Below are positions 61,489 through 64,000 of a stretch of 64,000 nt of DNA, piece after piece. The position numbers and the translations under genes are program-made. This DNA is from Podarcis cretensis (taxonomy: Eukaryota): the NCBI GenBank assembly GCA_951804945.1, contig OX638162.1, positions 35,340,001-35,404,000 on the forward strand. Reading direction: 5' to 3'. Every line of letters starts with the position of its first letter. The first letter of the stretch is position 1. The notes under the pieces were generated by a model. It was not told the DNA's origin, searched no databases, and saw nothing but the letters and a program-made list of their open reading frames with translations.

Positions 61489-62611
61489 GTTCCCATCTCC
61501 CCTGATTTGTCCACAGATGAGGAATCAGAGTTGGAGAATTTCTCTCATTGAATCCTGCAGTGTTGGACAAAGTATGCATTTAAAACATACAACTAATATT
61601 AACATCATAAAATGACTCACAAAACATCTGTTGCTGTGAAATCTTGTTCTCCTTTATAATACATCATAAAATAGATTCTATCACAACTGGCAACCAAATC
61701 AAGAAAAACCCTAAGTCCCCCCCCCCCCATTTTCTGGGGGAAATTCAATCACATTCTGGTGTGTTTCCTTTAAAGGAAGTGAATAATTCTCACTAGAAAT
61801 AAGTCTTACTACTGGTCCCCTCAAGCCACATCAGAAACATGCTTTTTTAATCAATTGTCACCCTTCCACTTCTTACCCTGTATTGAATTTTACTTTAATA
61901 AATTTTGTATTCAGCTCACAGCTTAGACTAAAACAACATTGCAAAGTAGCATCCACCCCCCCCATGCCACCCGCTATTCCGAGAGCTTCACAGACAGTGA
62001 GAATTATGAATTTATCATTGAAAGCCTGTCTAGCTTCTCATAACCACCAACAGGATAACAGAAAGATTTGATTTAATATTGTATTTCTCTGAGAATTTTA
62101 TTTAGATTTTTTTATATACTGCATAGTACTAGCAAGACTTGTAAATAGGGACTCTGAAGTAGCCCATTTATAATAGCAATCACAATCTAATATCATTTAC
62201 GCCTCCAGCGCTTGGAATGATATTGCCCACATATTGCACTCTCCACGGTTACTTACAATTCACCAAGAGGAACAAACTCCTCCTCACAACGAAAGCCATC
62301 TTATTTCCTTTGACTTCTCATTTCATTGTACAGAGGAGTCTTGTAGGATTTTTTCTAGGGATTAAAACAGTGCTTCCCCCTGTGTGCCACTACATCACAG
62401 TTGTTTAAATTGCACAGCCATTCCAAAAAGGGGCTTCTGTGAATGAATGCTCTTTGCAGGAAACAAGTTTAGACAACAATCCAGAGGTCATCTCTCAATT
62501 TGGTTTCTTGCAAGGGATAATCAACAAATCTGGTGTTCCAAAAAGCCTTCAAACCTACAATTTGTTGGCCATTGAACAGAGGGCCAACAAAGCATGTGGT
62601 GACTATGAAAA

Positions 62612-62911
62612 GGGCAGGCTCCATACTAGGGATCGTTAGGAAAGGAACTGAAAATAAAACTGCCAATAACATAATGCCTTTATACAAATCTGTGCTGCAA
62701 CTGCATTTGAAATACTGTGTGTGGTTCTGGTTGCCTCACCTCAGAAAGGGTATTGTAGAGCTGGGAAAGGTTCAGAAAGGGGCAACCAAAATGATCAAGC
62801 GACTCTTCTATGAGGAAAGCTTGTGACACTTGGGACTTTTTAGTCTAGAGGAAAGGAGTGTAAGAGGTGACATGATAGATCTTTATATAAATATGCATGG
62901 CATGAGGAAAG

Positions 62912-62957
<46 letters not shown>

Positions 62958-63365
62958 TTTCTCTGCTTCTCATAACACTAGAACTTGGGTGGATTTGGTG
63001 AAGCTGAATGTTGGAAGATTCAGGACAGACATAAAAAAGTATTTCTTCACACAGTGCATAGTTTATGAAATTCACTTCCGACAGGAGGCACTGATGGCCA
63101 CCAACCTGGATGGCTTTAAAAGAGGAATGGGCAGATTCATGAAGGATAAGGCTATCAGTGGCTACTAGCTATCAAGGGCTATGCCCTACATCCATAGTAA
63201 TGCTTCTGGGTATCAGTTGCTGGAAGCCACAGGAGGGAGGATGCTCTTGTGCTCAGCTCCTGGTTGGCGGTTTCCCATAGGTACCTGATTGGCCACTGTG
63301 ACAACCAGATACTGGAGTAGATGGTTCACTGGCCTGACGTAGCAGGCTCTCCTTTAGTTCTTATG
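62612..63365 (+). mobile_element. CR1 LINE 3' end with an internal (AG)n expansion
   Basis: Motifs LYKS..HLKYCVWFWLPHL, GLFSLEER..RGDMI, FFSASHNTRT, followed by the 3' UTR. Confidence 0.92.
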
Positions 63366-63526
63366 AACAATTCAGTTATATAGCAGCCTTCTCTACTTTG
63401 CAGTGTTTCGGATTGCATCTCACATATTATCCCTGACCATTGGCCATGATGGCTAGGGCTGATGGAAGCTGAACTCCAGGACAGCTGCAGGGTACCAGGC
63501 TGAAGAAGGCTGATCTAATCCATATA

Positions 63527-63765
63527 CAGTGGAACCTTGGGTTACAGACGCTTCAGGTTACAGACGCTTCAGGTTACAGACTCCACTAACCGAGTAATTG
63601 TGCTTCGGGTTAAGAACTTTGCTTCAGAATGAGAACAGAAATCGCGCAGCAGCACAGCGGCAGTGGGAGGCCCCATTAGCTAAAGTGGTACCTCAGGTTA
63701 AGAACAGTTTCAGGTTAAGAACAGACCTCCGGAATGAATTAAGTTCTTAACCCGAGGTACCACTG
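63527..63765 (+). mobile_element. Tc1/mariner MITE, family 1
   Basis: TIRs with TA TSD; carries an extra internal 16-bp unit (ggttacagacgcttca). Confidence 0.92.
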
Positions 63766-64000
63766 TATTGGCTTGACTCACATGTCATGCTAAGGCAAAC
63801 TATTGCTTACGATAAACAAGCAAGCATGACGGTGCGGAATTAGAATATCATCGCTTTGCTCCCCCTCCGCTCGTCCTGTTGCCACACTACAGGGAGCTAA
63901 GCCAAGATTTGTGCTTAGCGTTACGTGCAAACCCAGGCACACGGTTTGTCTCTCTCCAAACAAACCATGAGCTGCAGTCAAAGTTTGTTCTTGACTTATT

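Noticed and set aside
1-64000. Remaining 60-150 aa ORFs in the track, and any prokaryotic-type system
   Set aside because: No recognisable domains, operon structure or coding density. The sequence is vertebrate non-coding DNA.

Overview
This 64 kb window is non-coding eukaryotic DNA from a squamate reptile, most likely a lacertid lizard. That is inferred from Sauria SINEs, BovB/RTE LINE 3' ends, squamate-type CR1 and L2 remnants and abundant hAT/Tc1-mariner MITEs. I found no convincing multi-exon gene or intact transposon ORF. The listed ORFs are chance ORFs or LINE remnants, so the window looks like a large intron or gene desert, with TE-poor stretches (~32.9-46 kb) that may hold enhancers, and one candidate 36-nt micro-exon (31400-31435). 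The most notable observations are: (1) three divergent ~0.8 kb non-coding elements (1981-2801 minus, 26788-27573 plus, 55919-56785 plus) that share asymmetric inverted termini, lack TSDs, and share a ~330-nt nested multi-stem fold with apparent compensatory changes; one copy carries a Pol II-like promoter and a Sox-Oct motif, and their class is unresolved (DIRS/Ngaro terminal unit versus Helitron2-like); (2) a young Penelope-type insertion forming a perfect 135-bp-arm palindrome with a minimal hammerhead ribozyme on each strand; (3) TIR elements carrying CpG-rich cargo, one with a TTAGGG-containing 33-bp minisatellite; (4) several nested insertions and solo LTRs. Family names come from recognition by eye, not database search, and boundaries of old elements are approximate.
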